From Candidatus Dormiibacterota bacterium (GTDB lineage Bacteria > Chloroflexota > Dormibacteria > Aeolococcales > Aeolococcaceae): 64,000 nt of DNA. The DNA lies in the NCBI GenBank assembly GCA_963716365.1, contig OY970307.1, positions 2,969,682 to 3,033,681 on the forward strand, given 5' to 3'. Below the pieces are notes generated by a model. It was not told the DNA's origin, searched no databases, and was given only the letters and a program-made list of their open reading frames with translations. This document shows positions 19,440 to 30,862 of this stretch, piece by piece. The position numbers and the translations under genes were made by a program. The stretch's first letter is position 1; each line of letters begins with the position of its first letter.

Positions 19440-20435
19440 TCAGGTCGACGACTCGGTCGGCCGGCGTTGCAACAGCCGGCGCACGCGGGCGGCAGTCGCT
19501 CGTTTGGCCGTGAGCAATCGCTGCTCGCTCCCGCTCACCTCGATGAGCCGCAGACCAGACGGTTGCGTCGCCTGCCTTGGGTCGCGCGAGGCCGCCAGTG
19601 CACGCGCGCGAGCAACCGACGCAAGCTGTTGTTCCAGCAATGACGTTCGGCCTGCCGAGTGGTCGAGCAGACGCAGGCTCACGTAGAACTCGAGTGTGTT
19701 GTATGCGGTGGGCGTGAAGTCGGCCACCTCGAATTTCGTGAGACCAAGCTGCGCCATTTTCCCGAACACATCGAGAAAGGATTCGGGTGTGAACACGTTG
19801 CAGTGCACGTCGACGAACGCGTCGGAGCTCTGCATCCGTTTGCATGCCTCCAGTGCGTACGCGTCGGGATCGCCGACGCCCTGCCGGGTCGTTGCGCTGT
19901 AGTCGACATCCCCTCGCCACACGGCTTGAGCGTCGACCAGGTCGAGCAGCGCATTCGCGTTGAAGTCGTACACCTGGCTGTAACTCGGTTGCCGCAGGTG
20001 GCGCATGTTGGCGTCGACGAGATCGCTGATTCGCGTCAGCGAGCGATTGATGTCGAAGCAGTACCGCTTGTCGGGTATGACGAGCGAGAGGATGCCGCCG
20101 GGACTGAGGACGCGGGCGATGTCGTCCATCCAGTCGATCGGGTCCGGGATGTGCTCGAGCACATGCGACGCGAGCACGTAGTCGAAAGGCGCATCCGCCT
20201 TGACCGCGTCGGCGATGGTCTGCTTGTCGCCGATGACGTAATCGACGTCGACGATCTCGTCGAGGCGGTTTCCCATCGCGAGGTCGGATTCGTACTTCTG
20301 CTTCAGCTCCGCCGCGCCGGCATGGTCGAGGTAGCGGATCGGGCCTTCACTCCTGCGAACCCGCGGCGACGCCAGCGGCCCGATCTCCAGCCCGCGCATG
20401 GTCGCAACGTCGATGCCGGCCAGCTCAGGCCGCAT
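19440..20435 (-). CDS. Class I SAM-dependent methyltransferase
   Basis: GLEIGP, FDYVLASHVLEHIPDP, VLSPGGILSLVIPDKR. Confidence 0.85.
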   Translation of the reverse strand: MRPELAGIDVATMRGLEIGPLASPRVRRSEGPIRYLDHAGAAELKQKYESDLAMGNRLDEIVDVDYVIGDKQTIADAVKADAPFDYVLASHVLEHIPDPIDWMDDIARVLSPGGILSLVIPDKRYCFDINRSLTRISDLVDANMRHLRQPSYSQVYDFNANALLDLVDAQAVWRGDVDYSATTRQGVGDPDAYALEACKRMQSSDAFVDVHCNVFTPESFLDVFGKMAQLGLTKFEVADFTPTAYNTLEFYVSLRLLDHSAGRTSLLEQQLASVARARALAASRDPRQATQPSGLRLIEVSGSEQRLLTAKRATAARVRRLLQRRPTESST

Positions 20436-20457
20436 CAGAGGCTCGCATTGCGACAGC

Positions 20458-21102
20458 CTAGCGCGCCACCTCCGCGCCGGACTCTGCTGCAACAGGGGCG
20501 CCGGCTCCCGGCAGCTGCGGCCGCTTCTCGATGATCGAGTCGATCATCCCGTAGGCGACGGCCTGTTCCGCGGTCATGTGGTAGTCCCGCTCGATGTCGC
20601 GTCCGATCTGCTCGGCATCACGGCCCGTGTGCCTGTGGTACAGCTCGATGAGCAAGGCGCGCTGACGGAGGATCTCGCGCGCATGTACGTCGAGGTCCGT
20701 CGCCTGTCCCTGCATGCCCTGGGCCCAGGGTTGATGGATGACCACCAGCGAGTTGGGCAGTGCCAGCCGCCGCCCAGGCGCACCCGCGCAGAGCAGGAGC
20801 GAGGCGCCGCTGGCGGCCATCCCGAGGCAGGTCGTTTCAACAAGCGGGCGCACGTACTGCATCGCGTCGTACATCGCCAGCGACGCGGTCATCGATCCGC
20901 CCGGGCTGTTGATGTACAGGTGGATGTCCTTCTCGGCGTCCTCGCCTTCGAGAAAGAGCAGTTGCGCCGTCACGATGTTGGCCATGACGTCGTCGATGAC
21001 ACCGCCGACGAAGATGATCCGGTCGCGCAGCAGCCGCGAGTAGATGTCGTAGGAACGTTCGCCACGGGTGGTCGTCTCGACGACGGTGGGCACGAGGGTC
21101 AT
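20458..21102 (-). CDS. clpP: ATP-dependent Clp protease proteolytic subunit
   Basis: [26 protein letters not shown], triad GMAAS / IHQP / ERD. Confidence 0.97.
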   Translation of the reverse strand: MTLVPTVVETTTRGERSYDIYSRLLRDRIIFVGGVIDDVMANIVTAQLLFLEGEDAEKDIHLYINSPGGSMTASLAMYDAMQYVRPLVETTCLGMAASGASLLLCAGAPGRRLALPNSLVVIHQPWAQGMQGQATDLDVHAREILRQRALLIELYHRHTGRDAEQIGRDIERDYHMTAEQAVAYGMIDSIIEKRPQLPGAGAPVAAESGAEVAR

Positions 21103-21536
21103 CTGGAGTTCTCCGCGTTGGGTGGGACGAAGCCGATGCGACGTCGTGCCGGCTCCGCCTGGTTCATCGCAAGGAATGCGCCGAACTGGGCGACGGTGCG
21201 CAGGGATGCCGCGTCGAGCCCGGAGGTGACGGCGCGCAGCTGGCGGCGGGGGTCGGCCTGCCACGACGGCTCGGCCTGCGGCCATGCGCCGAGACGGCGG
21301 CCGAGGTCGGTGTACACCGCGGCGATGGGGACGGCGAGCGCATAGGTGATCGCCACCAGGAGGTCACTCGAGACGTCCTTGAGGCCGCGTTCGACCTCGG
21401 ACAGGTAGGCGGGGGAGCAACCCGCCTCGCCGGCGATCTCGCCGAGGCTCCGTCCCTGGCCTTCGCGGTGACCGCGAAGGACGGCGCCGAGCTCCTGACG
21501 GATCTCTTCAGGGGTTACGCTCAGAGCAGAACTCAC
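21099..21536 (-). CDS. XRE-family HTH regulator, ClgR-like
   Basis: [25 protein letters not shown] resembles actinobacterial ClgR; ATGA overlap with clpP. Confidence 0.8.
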   Translation of the reverse strand: MSSALSVTPEEIRQELGAVLRGHREGQGRSLGEIAGEAGCSPAYLSEVERGLKDVSSDLLVAITYALAVPIAAVYTDLGRRLGAWPQAEPSWQADPRRQLRAVTSGLDAASLRTVAQFGAFLAMNQAEPARRRIGFVPPNAENSR

Positions 21537-21620
21537 AACGCTCAGAGCATATCACCGCGCCGTCCAGGTGAGACATCTCCTGTTCGCGGAACACCCGGCG
21601 GCGGGTATCGTTCCAATGGC

Positions 21621-22292
21621 ATGGCCACATTGCTGTCGGTGAACCTCGGTCACCGAACCCCCACCCGACACAACGACAGCGGCGTCACCGGCATCGACAA
21701 GCGCCCGTCAGCCGAGCCTGTCCTGATCAGTGATCCGGGCCCGCGAACGGGCCGCAGCGGGCTCCCGGGCGACCTCATCGGCGATCCGCGCTCGCACGGT
21801 GGAACGGACCAGGCGGTCTACGCCTTTGCGCGCGAGGAGCTCGACTTCTGGCAGTCGGAGCTCGGTCGCTCCCTGCCCGGCGGGGTCTTCGGTGAGAACC
21901 TCACCACGCTGGGTCTCGACGTCAATGGCGCACTGGTCGGCGAGCGCTGGCAGATCGGTCGCGAGTGTGTGCTCGAGGTCACCTCGCCGCGCATCCCCTG
22001 CAGTACCTTCGCGACCTGGCTCGAGGATCAGCGCTGGGTGCGTCGCTTCACCGAGCGTGGTGCCCCCGGCGCTTATCTGCGCGTCATCGTTCCGGGGATC
22101 GTCGCGGCCGGTGACGAGATTGCAGTTGTCTACCGTCCATCGCACGACGTGACGATCGCGCTGATGTTCCGGGCGATGACCACCGAGAAAACACTGCAGC
22201 CGCACCTGGCGGTCGCCGGTGATGCGCTGCCCGAGGGCGTGCGCCGCGCCCTCATTCCCGATGTCACGGAGGAGGAGCCCGCGCTCCCGTAG
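21621..22292 (+). CDS. MOSC domain protein (YiiM-like)
   Basis: TGIDKRP, HGGTDQAVYAF, FGENLTT, PRIPC, GAYLRVIVPG. Confidence 0.92.
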   Translation: MATLLSVNLGHRTPTRHNDSGVTGIDKRPSAEPVLISDPGPRTGRSGLPGDLIGDPRSHGGTDQAVYAFAREELDFWQSELGRSLPGGVFGENLTTLGLDVNGALVGERWQIGRECVLEVTSPRIPCSTFATWLEDQRWVRRFTERGAPGAYLRVIVPGIVAAGDEIAVVYRPSHDVTIALMFRAMTTEKTLQPHLAVAGDALPEGVRRALIPDVTEEEPALP

Positions 22293-22299
22293 CGTCGCC

Positions 22300-22707
22300 A
22301 TGAGCACACATCCCCGCACCGCCGTCTGGCCGACCCTCATCTACCGAGACGCCAATGCGGCAATCAGCTTTCTCGTCGACGCGTTCGGCTTCGAGGAGGC
22401 GGCCGTATACCGCAACGACGACAACGTCGTCGAGCACGCGGAGTTGCGCTGGCCCGAAGGCGGCGGCGTCATGCTCGGCAATGTCCGGCCGGACAGTGGC
22501 GTCGGCGACCTGCCGCCCGGCGGCGGAGCCGTCTACGTCGTCGTCAGCGATCCCGACGCGCTGTACGCGCGAGCCACGTCCCACGGCGCAACGATCACGC
22601 GCGCGATGCGCGAGGAGGACTACGGCTCGCGCGGATTCCAGGCTCGCGATCCCGAGGGCGTGATCTGGAGCTTCGGGACCTACGCAGGCGCCGAGCCGGC
22701 TACTTGA
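22300..22707 (+). CDS. VOC/glyoxalase family protein
   Basis: AISFLVDAFGF, HAEL, DYGSRGFQARDPEGVIWSFGTY. Confidence 0.9.
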   Translation: MSTHPRTAVWPTLIYRDANAAISFLVDAFGFEEAAVYRNDDNVVEHAELRWPEGGGVMLGNVRPDSGVGDLPPGGGAVYVVVSDPDALYARATSHGATITRAMREEDYGSRGFQARDPEGVIWSFGTYAGAEPAT

Positions 22708-24848
22708 TCACCTGAAAGACGGCGGCCTCGGTGCCGTTCCAGGGGACCGACGCGACAAGCCGAAGGTCAGGCAACGCGCCGATGCAGCCGACGTCCCACG
22801 GATACTCCGGCTGGGCAATCTGTTGCGCACCGACGAACAGGAAGTCACCGTGGACGCGATTGATCGACGCCACGGCGGTGACGGGGTCGGCACATGCGTC
22901 CGAGAGCGCGATGTCGAGCGGGAGGCTCAGCGTGCCGAACTCGAGCCCGTTCGGGACCAATGGCGTGAGGTCCGTGAGCCCCGTCAGCCACATCCCGGCG
23001 TCGTCGCCGCCGTCGGTCATCACCACGGCGCCTTTCGGAACCACGCGCTCCATGTCCTGCATCAGCGTGAGGTCGGCCGGGCTCACGAGCGACCGCGTCT
23101 GGACCTCGCTCGTGTAGACGCCCAGCTCCGTCGCCCCACCGACGATGACACAGAGCACGGCGACAATCCCGAGCGCGGCGCCCGCGCCGTCGAGCCGTTC
23201 TGCAGTCGGTCCGAGCAGCTTGTGCACGAAACCCGGGAGCGCGATGCCGCGTGCCAGCGCCACCCATGCAGCAATGCCCGCAAGGGCGGCGATCGCGACC
23301 GCGAGAAACCATGGCCGCAGCTCCGATAGGTCCGCGAAGAGACCGAGTGGATACAGGCTGATCGTGTGGGATCCGATGAGCTTGGTCCAGAGCTGGCCGA
23401 GCGGATGTCGCGCGATGACAGCGATGATCGCGACCACGACCGCCGCGATCGGAACGCCCAGTTGCCACCGTCGCGTCCGCGATAACGTGCGCATGACATC
23501 GGCAACGGCAAAGAGTTCCACCGCAAGCACGAGCGGGATCAACCAGTACTGGACGCCGAGAATGCGATCCGCGTCGCCCCATGGGTAGATCAGGCGCCAG
23601 ACGCTGTTGAACTTGTGCAGGTAGAAGTCGTCGACCATCACAACGACGAGGACAACCTGGGCGACGAGTATCCAGAGCATCCGCCGCCGGACGAGCAGTG
23701 CGACCACGCCGATCAGATAGAGCACGAGCGTGATCGGGCTGATCAGGTTGGTTTGCGCGATATCCACCAGCAGCTGGTGCAGCTTCACCTGTGAGCTCCC
23801 CGTTGGGAGGACCACCTGCGACGGTTGCGACGCGATCGGCGTCGGGACGTGCGGCATTCGCGTCAGCACCGTGACCAGTGCCGCGCCGATCAGCGTTGCG
23901 CCGACGGCAATGCCGATGCGGAGCAACGCGGGTCGTGGCGCTGCGCGCACGACCCGTACGGCGGTCACGGCAAACAGCGCGCACGCGACGACAAGCGCCG
24001 TGAGCACCTCGAGCCCATGGATGATCCAGATGGACGCGGTGATTGCCAGCAGCAGCACGGCGTTGTCGCGAGTTGCGACCCCGCGTATCACGCGCAACGC
24101 AACCACGATGAAGGGAACGATCAGCGTCGAGTCGACCATCTCCGGGAAGCGCCCGACGATTGCCTGGTCCGATGGAAACGCCATGCCGAGCGCGAAGAAC
24201 GGCACCACCGCCGCCAGCGCAACCGATCCAGTTGCCTCGAGCGTCAACATCGTCAGCGCCAACGGGATGAGGATGAGCGTCACCGTGATGATGGGCGCCA
24301 TCGACATTGCCGGCGACGGTGCGCCGAGCCACGACACCACCGCCGCCATGGCCTCGAACCCGGGCCGTGGACCGGACGAAATCCGACGCCTCGAGCGGGA
24401 TCGGCACGAGCGGCAGCACGTCGTGTTGACGGGCGATCGTGTTGACGAGCCCTGCGTGCGTTGCCGTGTCCCAGTCGGGGGGCAGCACCTGCCCGTGCAG
24501 CGCCCAGAAGAAGACGCCGGCGCCAACGCAGCCCACGACCAGCGCTGGTATCGGCAGCCACCAGGGGGCGCGCTGCGTTGTGTCCGGTGTGGTTCGGCGC
24601 CAGCGATAGACGGCCGCGGCTCCGAGTACGAGCAGGAGGGGAAGGACGGTCAGCGGCTCGAACGGGATATGCACGTCGTGCATCGCCATCCCGAACACGC
24701 CGATGAACCCTGCGGAGAGTCCAGGGGCCATGGCAACGCGCTGCCATGCGCGCCACTGCGGCGCGATCAGCGTCGCGAGCGCAAAGCCCGGCAGCAACGC
24801 GACGAGCACCACGCCGGGAAGGGTTTGCGCGAAATCCTGCAGTGACAA
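22700..24848 (-). CDS. DUF6541-like polytopic membrane protein (GT-C-like); one apparent frameshift near 24370
   Basis: N-terminus in the 24848 frame (LPG..., PPDWDTATH), continuing in the 24526 frame (PGFEAM...; IIHGLE; soluble C-terminal DAGMWL domain). Confidence 0.65.
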
Positions 24849-24860
24849 ACTGGGTCGAGC

Positions 24861-26237
24861 TCAGCGGCCTTTGAGCGTGGCCACCGCAAAGACCGTGCGC
24901 GCCATGATCAGGAGATCGAGCGCCACCGACTGTCGCTTGATGTAGTAGAGGTCATACGACAGCTTGACCGTCGATCCGTCGACCCCACTGCCGTAGCCGT
25001 AGTTCACCTGCGCCCAGCCGGTGAGCCCCGGACGAACCGAGAGACGCGTGTTGTAGTACGGGATGGTTTTGCGCAAGTCCTCGACGTAGTGTGGTTGTTC
25101 GGGACGCGGGCCCACCACGCTCATGTCGCCGCGCAGGATGTTCCACGACTGCGGCAGCTCGTCGAGGTGCAGCCGGCGCAGGATCCCGCCGACTTTCGTG
25201 ATGCGCACGTCGTCCTCGCCGGTCCACTGCAGCTCCTCGCGCGGTCGCACGCGCATGGTGCGCAGCTTGATGATGTTGAACGGCTTGCCGAAATGGCCGA
25301 CGCGCACCTGTTTGTGGAACACCGGACCGCGATCCTCGATCTTGATCGCCATCCAGACGAAGGGCAGCAGGACGCCGAGGACGATAAGACCCACGAGGCT
25401 TGCGATGACGTCGATGAGCCGCTTGAACAACGCGTACACACGCGAGGTCTCGCCACGCTGTTGCAGGGAGAGGAGCCAGCTCTGGCGGAGGCGTTCGACG
25501 AGCAGACGGCCCGTCAACTCCTCGTAGACGTCGGCGATCGAGCGCACCACCATGCCCCGGTCGTAGCAGTCGACGAGCCCCTCGAACAGCTCGGTGGGGA
25601 GATCTTCGTCGGCGCCGAGCACGATCTGGTCGGCCTCGCCTCCGGTGGCGGCGGCCGTCAGCCGGCTCCCGGCATCCGGATCGCGCGGGTGGATGGTTCC
25701 GACCACGCGGTAGAGACCGGCCATCTGGACGTCGACGTCCGCCCAGACCCGCTCGAGGATGTCGGCATCGGCGACGAGCACCATCCGCCCGGCGAAGATC
25801 GCCCGCGCGAACACGCGACGGTAGACCAGGCGCCAGCAGAGCACGGTGATCGCCGCCAGCGCGACCCAGATGAGGATCGTCGGGCGGGTCACTCCGTACG
25901 GGACTGCGAAGAAGACCGCAAGCAGCGCAATCGTTTCGAGGGTCACCGTCGTCGCGACAACCCGGAAGATCCCGCGCACGCTGACCGCCAGGTGCAGGTC
26001 GTAGGCGTCGACGACGAGCGCCGCAGCCAGCCAGATGACCGTCACGAGCACCACCCCCAGCCACGGGATCGTGAGCTCGTGGTGCTGGATGAGCCCGGAA
26101 CGCAGGTTGAACGCAAGGATCAGGGAGGCTGCGACCAGGATCGTGTCGCCTGCAGCAAGGAGCAGCTTTCGCTCCGAGACGAGAATTCCGCGGCGGCGCG
26201 CGGCGATCGTGGCGCCCGGAACGTCCTGGGCGATCAT
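24861..26237 (-). CDS. Priming polyprenyl-phosphate sugar phosphotransferase (WbaP/WcaJ-like)
   Basis: N-terminal TMs; KRLIDVI, KLRTM, DELPQ.WNILRGDMSVVGPRPE, PGLTGWAQVN, DLYY. Confidence 0.95.
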   Translation of the reverse strand: MIAQDVPGATIAARRRGILVSERKLLLAAGDTILVAASLILAFNLRSGLIQHHELTIPWLGVVLVTVIWLAAALVVDAYDLHLAVSVRGIFRVVATTVTLETIALLAVFFAVPYGVTRPTILIWVALAAITVLCWRLVYRRVFARAIFAGRMVLVADADILERVWADVDVQMAGLYRVVGTIHPRDPDAGSRLTAAATGGEADQIVLGADEDLPTELFEGLVDCYDRGMVVRSIADVYEELTGRLLVERLRQSWLLSLQQRGETSRVYALFKRLIDVIASLVGLIVLGVLLPFVWMAIKIEDRGPVFHKQVRVGHFGKPFNIIKLRTMRVRPREELQWTGEDDVRITKVGGILRRLHLDELPQSWNILRGDMSVVGPRPEQPHYVEDLRKTIPYYNTRLSVRPGLTGWAQVNYGYGSGVDGSTVKLSYDLYYIKRQSVALDLLIMARTVFAVATLKGR

Positions 26238-26247
26238 CGAGGCTAGC

Positions 26248-28503
26248 CTAACCCACAGCCACGATGGTCGCGTCGTGGTTGCTGAAGACGACCGTCCCAA
26301 GCTTCAGGACCGCCGGCGTCGCATCCGCATGCAAGCGATCGATGAACAGGAACCGCACGGAGTACTGCTGGGTGAGCACGCTGAGCGCGTTCGCATCGGC
26401 GTTGACGAAGACCGCATCGTTGAGCGCCTTCCTCCGCGCGAAGTCCGCTCCCACCTTCGTGCTGAGGGACGTGTTGATCTCGTAGCGGTTCGCGTCATAT
26501 CCCTCGACGAACACCTGCCGCTCCGAGAAGGCCGAGTAGTAGTAGTAGCGCCCGTCCGTCTCGGCGGGGTCGATCCAGTGGTTGCTCACGGCGAAGACGG
26601 TGTCGACCGGTGAGTGCTCGCGCAACCACGTCAGCGCTGCCAGCAGATCCGGCGTCAGGCCGCGCACCTTCTGGGGATCGGGCTGCGAGGTCGTGATCGC
26701 ACCTCCGGTCAGCGCCCTGCCGAGGGTCGGTGCCATCTCGATCGGGGACGCGAGCACCGATGCCGCCAGGAGCGGGATGAGCCCGAGCGCGACGAGGCCG
26801 GATGTGATGCGCCCATGCCGGCGACCCACCACCCGTCGCACCGCGATGAACACGAGCGCTCCGCCGCCGAGCACGGAGTACGTGGTCACCTCTGCGGGAG
26901 CGTTGCGGAGCGTGAGCGCCGTCACCGTGGCGATCAGGACGAGGAGGCCCACCCATCCTGCGAACGAGAGAGCGACCGCGCGCCGCGAGAAGGTGATCGC
27001 GCCACCGGCGTCCACCCAGACCAGGCGGAGGCCCGCGGCCGCCGCGATCGCTCCTGCGACGTACCCGGTGTTCTGAAAGTAGAGCTCGCTAAAGCCGGTC
27101 TGGTGGAACACGTTGCCGATCAGCACCCCCGCGACCAGCATGCAGAGGCACAACGACAGCGCCCGGAGCGCATCACGGTGCCGGCGGCGGAACAGATAGA
27201 GCGCCCCCGCAAGTGGAAGGAGCATGCCGGCGAGGGCCGCCACGTAGGCGAGCGGCAGCAGGACCGCCCGGATCGCGAGCGGTATCCCCGTGTTGCTCGC
27301 GTCGATCACCGGCAGCGTGCGAGCGAGCGGCGCCAGTGGATCGATCCCGGTATCCGCGGCGCCCCCGCGATAGATGATGAAAAAGGTGACCACGAAGACG
27401 ACGAACTCGAGGGCGAGCATCGCGAACGCCGCCCGGGGGATGGGCCGGCGCGTGACGAGCAGAACGGCGATGTACAGCGCGGTACCGATGAGCAGTACCG
27501 GCAGGATCGTGGCTTTGGCTCCCGCTGCTCCGATCATCAGGAGGGTGACCAGCGCCCAGTACCCGACGCCACTGGGCACGCGGGATGCCGCACGGTTGTA
27601 TTCGCTCCGCGATCAGGAAGAGCAACGCCACAAAGAACGTCAATCCGAAGAGGAACGTCCAGCTCCCCCAGAGTTGGCTGCTGAAGACGCTGAAGAAGGC
27701 AGGCGCGGCGCGCGTGTCGGTGGTGAGGTCGAGCGGGCCGAGCAGGAACACGACGGCGATCGCCACGACTCCGGTCCACGCCGCGCCGCTGAGCGCGCGC
27801 CCAACCATCAGCAGTTGCGCTCCAAGAAGCACCGCAGTCGGGATGAAGTTGAGCCGGAGTGCGATGGTCGGAATGCCGATATGCGTCACCTGGCTCACGG
27901 CGGCCATGTGGAAGAACACGAACCACTCGTAGGGGAGGGCCACGCCCGAGAGGCCTGGGTTCGTCGGCGGCCAGTGGAGCATCACCTCGGCTGTCTTGCT
28001 CATCTGATAGACGAAGTCGGGGCTGTACGCGACCGCGTTCTGTGTAGACGGCAGCGGGGTCAGCGGCAGGAACATGAGGGCCAGGTAGAGGACGCCGAGC
28101 GAGAGCGCCACCGCCGCCGCCCACATGGCGCGGCCCGAAAGCGGCTCCCCGGCCGGCTCCGAACGCGCCGGCTGACCGCGCCTCCAGATCACCAGCGCGC
28201 TGGCGGCTATCGCCACCACCGGGTAGAGGTCGATACAGGCCACCGGGCGCCCACGGCAGCGGTGGCGCTGAACGCGAGGATCTCGAGCGCGCTGCCGGCG
28301 GCTCCTCCGAGCGCCACCGTCTCGAGGAGGCCGGACCGGCGGCCACGCAATGCCCAGAGCACCGCTGCTCCGGGAATGGCCACGAAGGCGATCTCGTAGC
28401 CGAGAAACAGCAGGATCTGGCCTGCGGAGACGCCGCCGACAACCCAGATTGCGAGGGCGACCACGGTGACGAGGCTGGCGGGTGCGATCCCCCGGCGCGG
28501 CAC
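26248..28503 (-). CDS. Large polytopic membrane protein, GT-C-like, paralog 1 (apparent frameshifts near 28240 and 27590)
   Basis: Joined from three ORF fragments; shares HWPP..GLSG..LPYEWFVFFHMAA, GPLDL, GAKAT, NHWI..YYYY..FSER motifs with paralogs at 39066 and 41325. Confidence 0.75.
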
Positions 28504-28559
28504 CTGCGGAGTATGCCGATTGCAGTGGCAGGGCGACACGTCCGTATGATTCGCCCGTT

Positions 28560-29877
28560 GTGGACCTGACCCGTGACGGGCAGCGATTGGTCGATCGGAT
28601 CCAGGATCGAAGTGCCCGGATCGGCATCGTGGGCCTTGGCTATGTCGGCCTTCCGACCGCAATTGCCTACGCCGATGCCGGATTCACGGTGGTGGGAGTC
28701 GACACGAACCCCGACCGGTGCGCCGCGGTCATGGCCTGCGAGAGCTACATCGAGGACGTGAGCCCGGACGACCTGCGCCGAGTTCGCGAGGATGATCGGC
28801 TCACTGCAGTGACCTCACTCGAGGCTGCGGGCGACCTCGACGTCATCGACATCTGCGTGCATACGCCGCTCGGGGAAAATCGCGAGCCGGATACCTCGGC
28901 GATCGAGGCGGTCGGCGAGGCACTGCTCTCCGTGCAGCGACCCGGACAACTCGTCCTGCTCGACGAGCACGAGCTACCCGGGGACCACCGACGATGTGCT
29001 CCGGCCGATCCTCGAGCGCGGTGGGCTCGCGACAGGCACGAACGTCTTCCTTGCCTTCGCGCCCGAGCGGATCGACCCGGGAAACCGGCAGTACCGCCTC
29101 CGCAACACGCCGAAGATCCTGGGCGGCGTCGATCCTGCATCCACCGAGATCGCGCGCCTCGTGCTCTCGACGATCGTCGACACGCTGGTGCCGGTTCGCG
29201 ATGCGACCACTGCCGAGATGGTCAAAGCACTCGAGAACACCTTTCGCATGGTGAACATCGGCTTCGCGAACGAGGTCGCGAAGATCTGCCGGCGTCTCGG
29301 AGTCGACGTCTGGGAGGTCATTGACAGCGCCGCCACCAAGCCGTACGGCTTCATGCCCTTCTATCCGGGTCCTGGAGTCGGCGGCCACTGCATCCCGGTC
29401 GATCCAGCGTATCTGCAGTGGAAGATGCACAACCTCGAGTTTCCAACGCCGTTCATCGATCTTGGCAACGACGTGAACCGAGGTATGCCGGACTACGTCG
29501 TAAAACGCGCGGGCGACGTGCTCAACGAAGTTGGGAAAGACGTGCGCGGTGCGCGCGTGCTGCTGATCGGCGTCGCGTACAAGCCGAACATCGGGGATGT
29601 CCGCGAGTCACCGGCAATCGAGGTGGCGGAACGGCTCGAGGAAGGCGGCGCCGTGGTTCGTTACGTCGACCCGTATGTCTCCTCGCTCACCGTCAATGAC
29701 AAGACCGCAATTGAACGTGTCGATCTCACGGCGGCAGAGCTGGAGTCGAGTGAGCTCGTCGTCATCACCACGGCGCACGATGCAACCGACTGGACTCTCG
29801 TCCGTGAGCATGCACCGCTCGTGCTGGACACGCGCGGTGTGCGCGGTCAGGGTCGACCGGGGTGGCACACGCTTTAG
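28560..29877 (+). CDS. Nucleotide-sugar dehydrogenase (UDP-GlcNAc/ManNAc dehydrogenase family); apparent +1 frameshift near 28964
   Basis: GLGYVGLP, [E]STSYPGTT across the shift, APERIDPG, KALENTFR, PGPGVGGHCIPVDP, AYKPNIGDVRESP. Confidence 0.92.
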
Positions 29878-30840
29878 GCGCTTGCCCACGAAGCGAACGT
29901 GCGCCGCAGCCCTTCGTCAAGATCGACTGCTGCAGTCCAGCCAAGGCGCTCGGTTGCGCGAGCGGCCGACGGAACGCGCCGCCGGGTGTCCTCGAATCCC
30001 GCGCCGAAATGCGACTCGTAGCTCTCATGCACCATGGTGGAATCGCTGCCGGTCGCGTCGATGACCTTCGCTGCAAGGTCGACGATGGACGTCTCGGTGG
30101 ACTCGTTGCCGATGTTGAACACCTGACCCTCGGCGGACGGCATTTCCATCGCGAGCAGCGTGCCGTCGACGCAGTCGTCGATGTACGTGAAGCATCGCGT
30201 CTGCAGTCCGTCGCCGTATACGGTGAGCGCGTCGCCGGCGATCGCCTGGCGCAGGAAGTTGGCCATGACGCTGCCGTATCCGTCGGGATCCATGCGCGGT
30301 CCATAGATGTTGAAGTAGCGAACAATCACGGTGCGAAGTCCGTGTCGCGGCGTACGCAAGCGCGAGGTGCTCGTCGAGCGCCTTGGCCGTCGAGTACGAC
30401 CAGCGTTGCACGACCGTCGATCCGAGGATGCGATCATCGTCCTCGTGCATCGGGACGTGATCAGTTCTTCCATAGACTTCGCTCGAGCTGGTGATCAGCA
30501 CTTTCCGCTCGTGTCGCGCGCATGCTGCGAGCACGTTCTCGGTCCCGCGGCTGTTGACGAGCAACGATCCGAGCGGGTTCGCGATGATGTGCGCCACGCC
30601 AACCGCCGCGGCAAGGTGGAACACGCGGTCGGCACCGGTGACGAGCCGCTCGACGAGTTCGTCGTCGAGGATGCTGCCCTCGACGAGATGCACGGCTGGA
30701 TTCGCGGCGCTGCGCGAGAGGTTGCTGCGCCTGCCGGTCGACAGATCGTCCAGCACCGTGACGGCGTCGCCCGCTTCGGCAAGACGATCGACGAGGTGGC
30801 TGCCGATGAAACCGGCGCCTCCAGTCACCAACGTCCTCAC
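29874..30840 (-). CDS. NAD-dependent epimerase/dehydratase; apparent frameshift near 30345
   Basis: VTGGAGFIGSHL, SSSEVYG, YSTAK (YxxxK), then RYFNIYGP, GDGLQTRCF in a second frame. Confidence 0.92.
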
Positions 30841-30862
30841 ACGACGGCACCATAGCAGCCAA

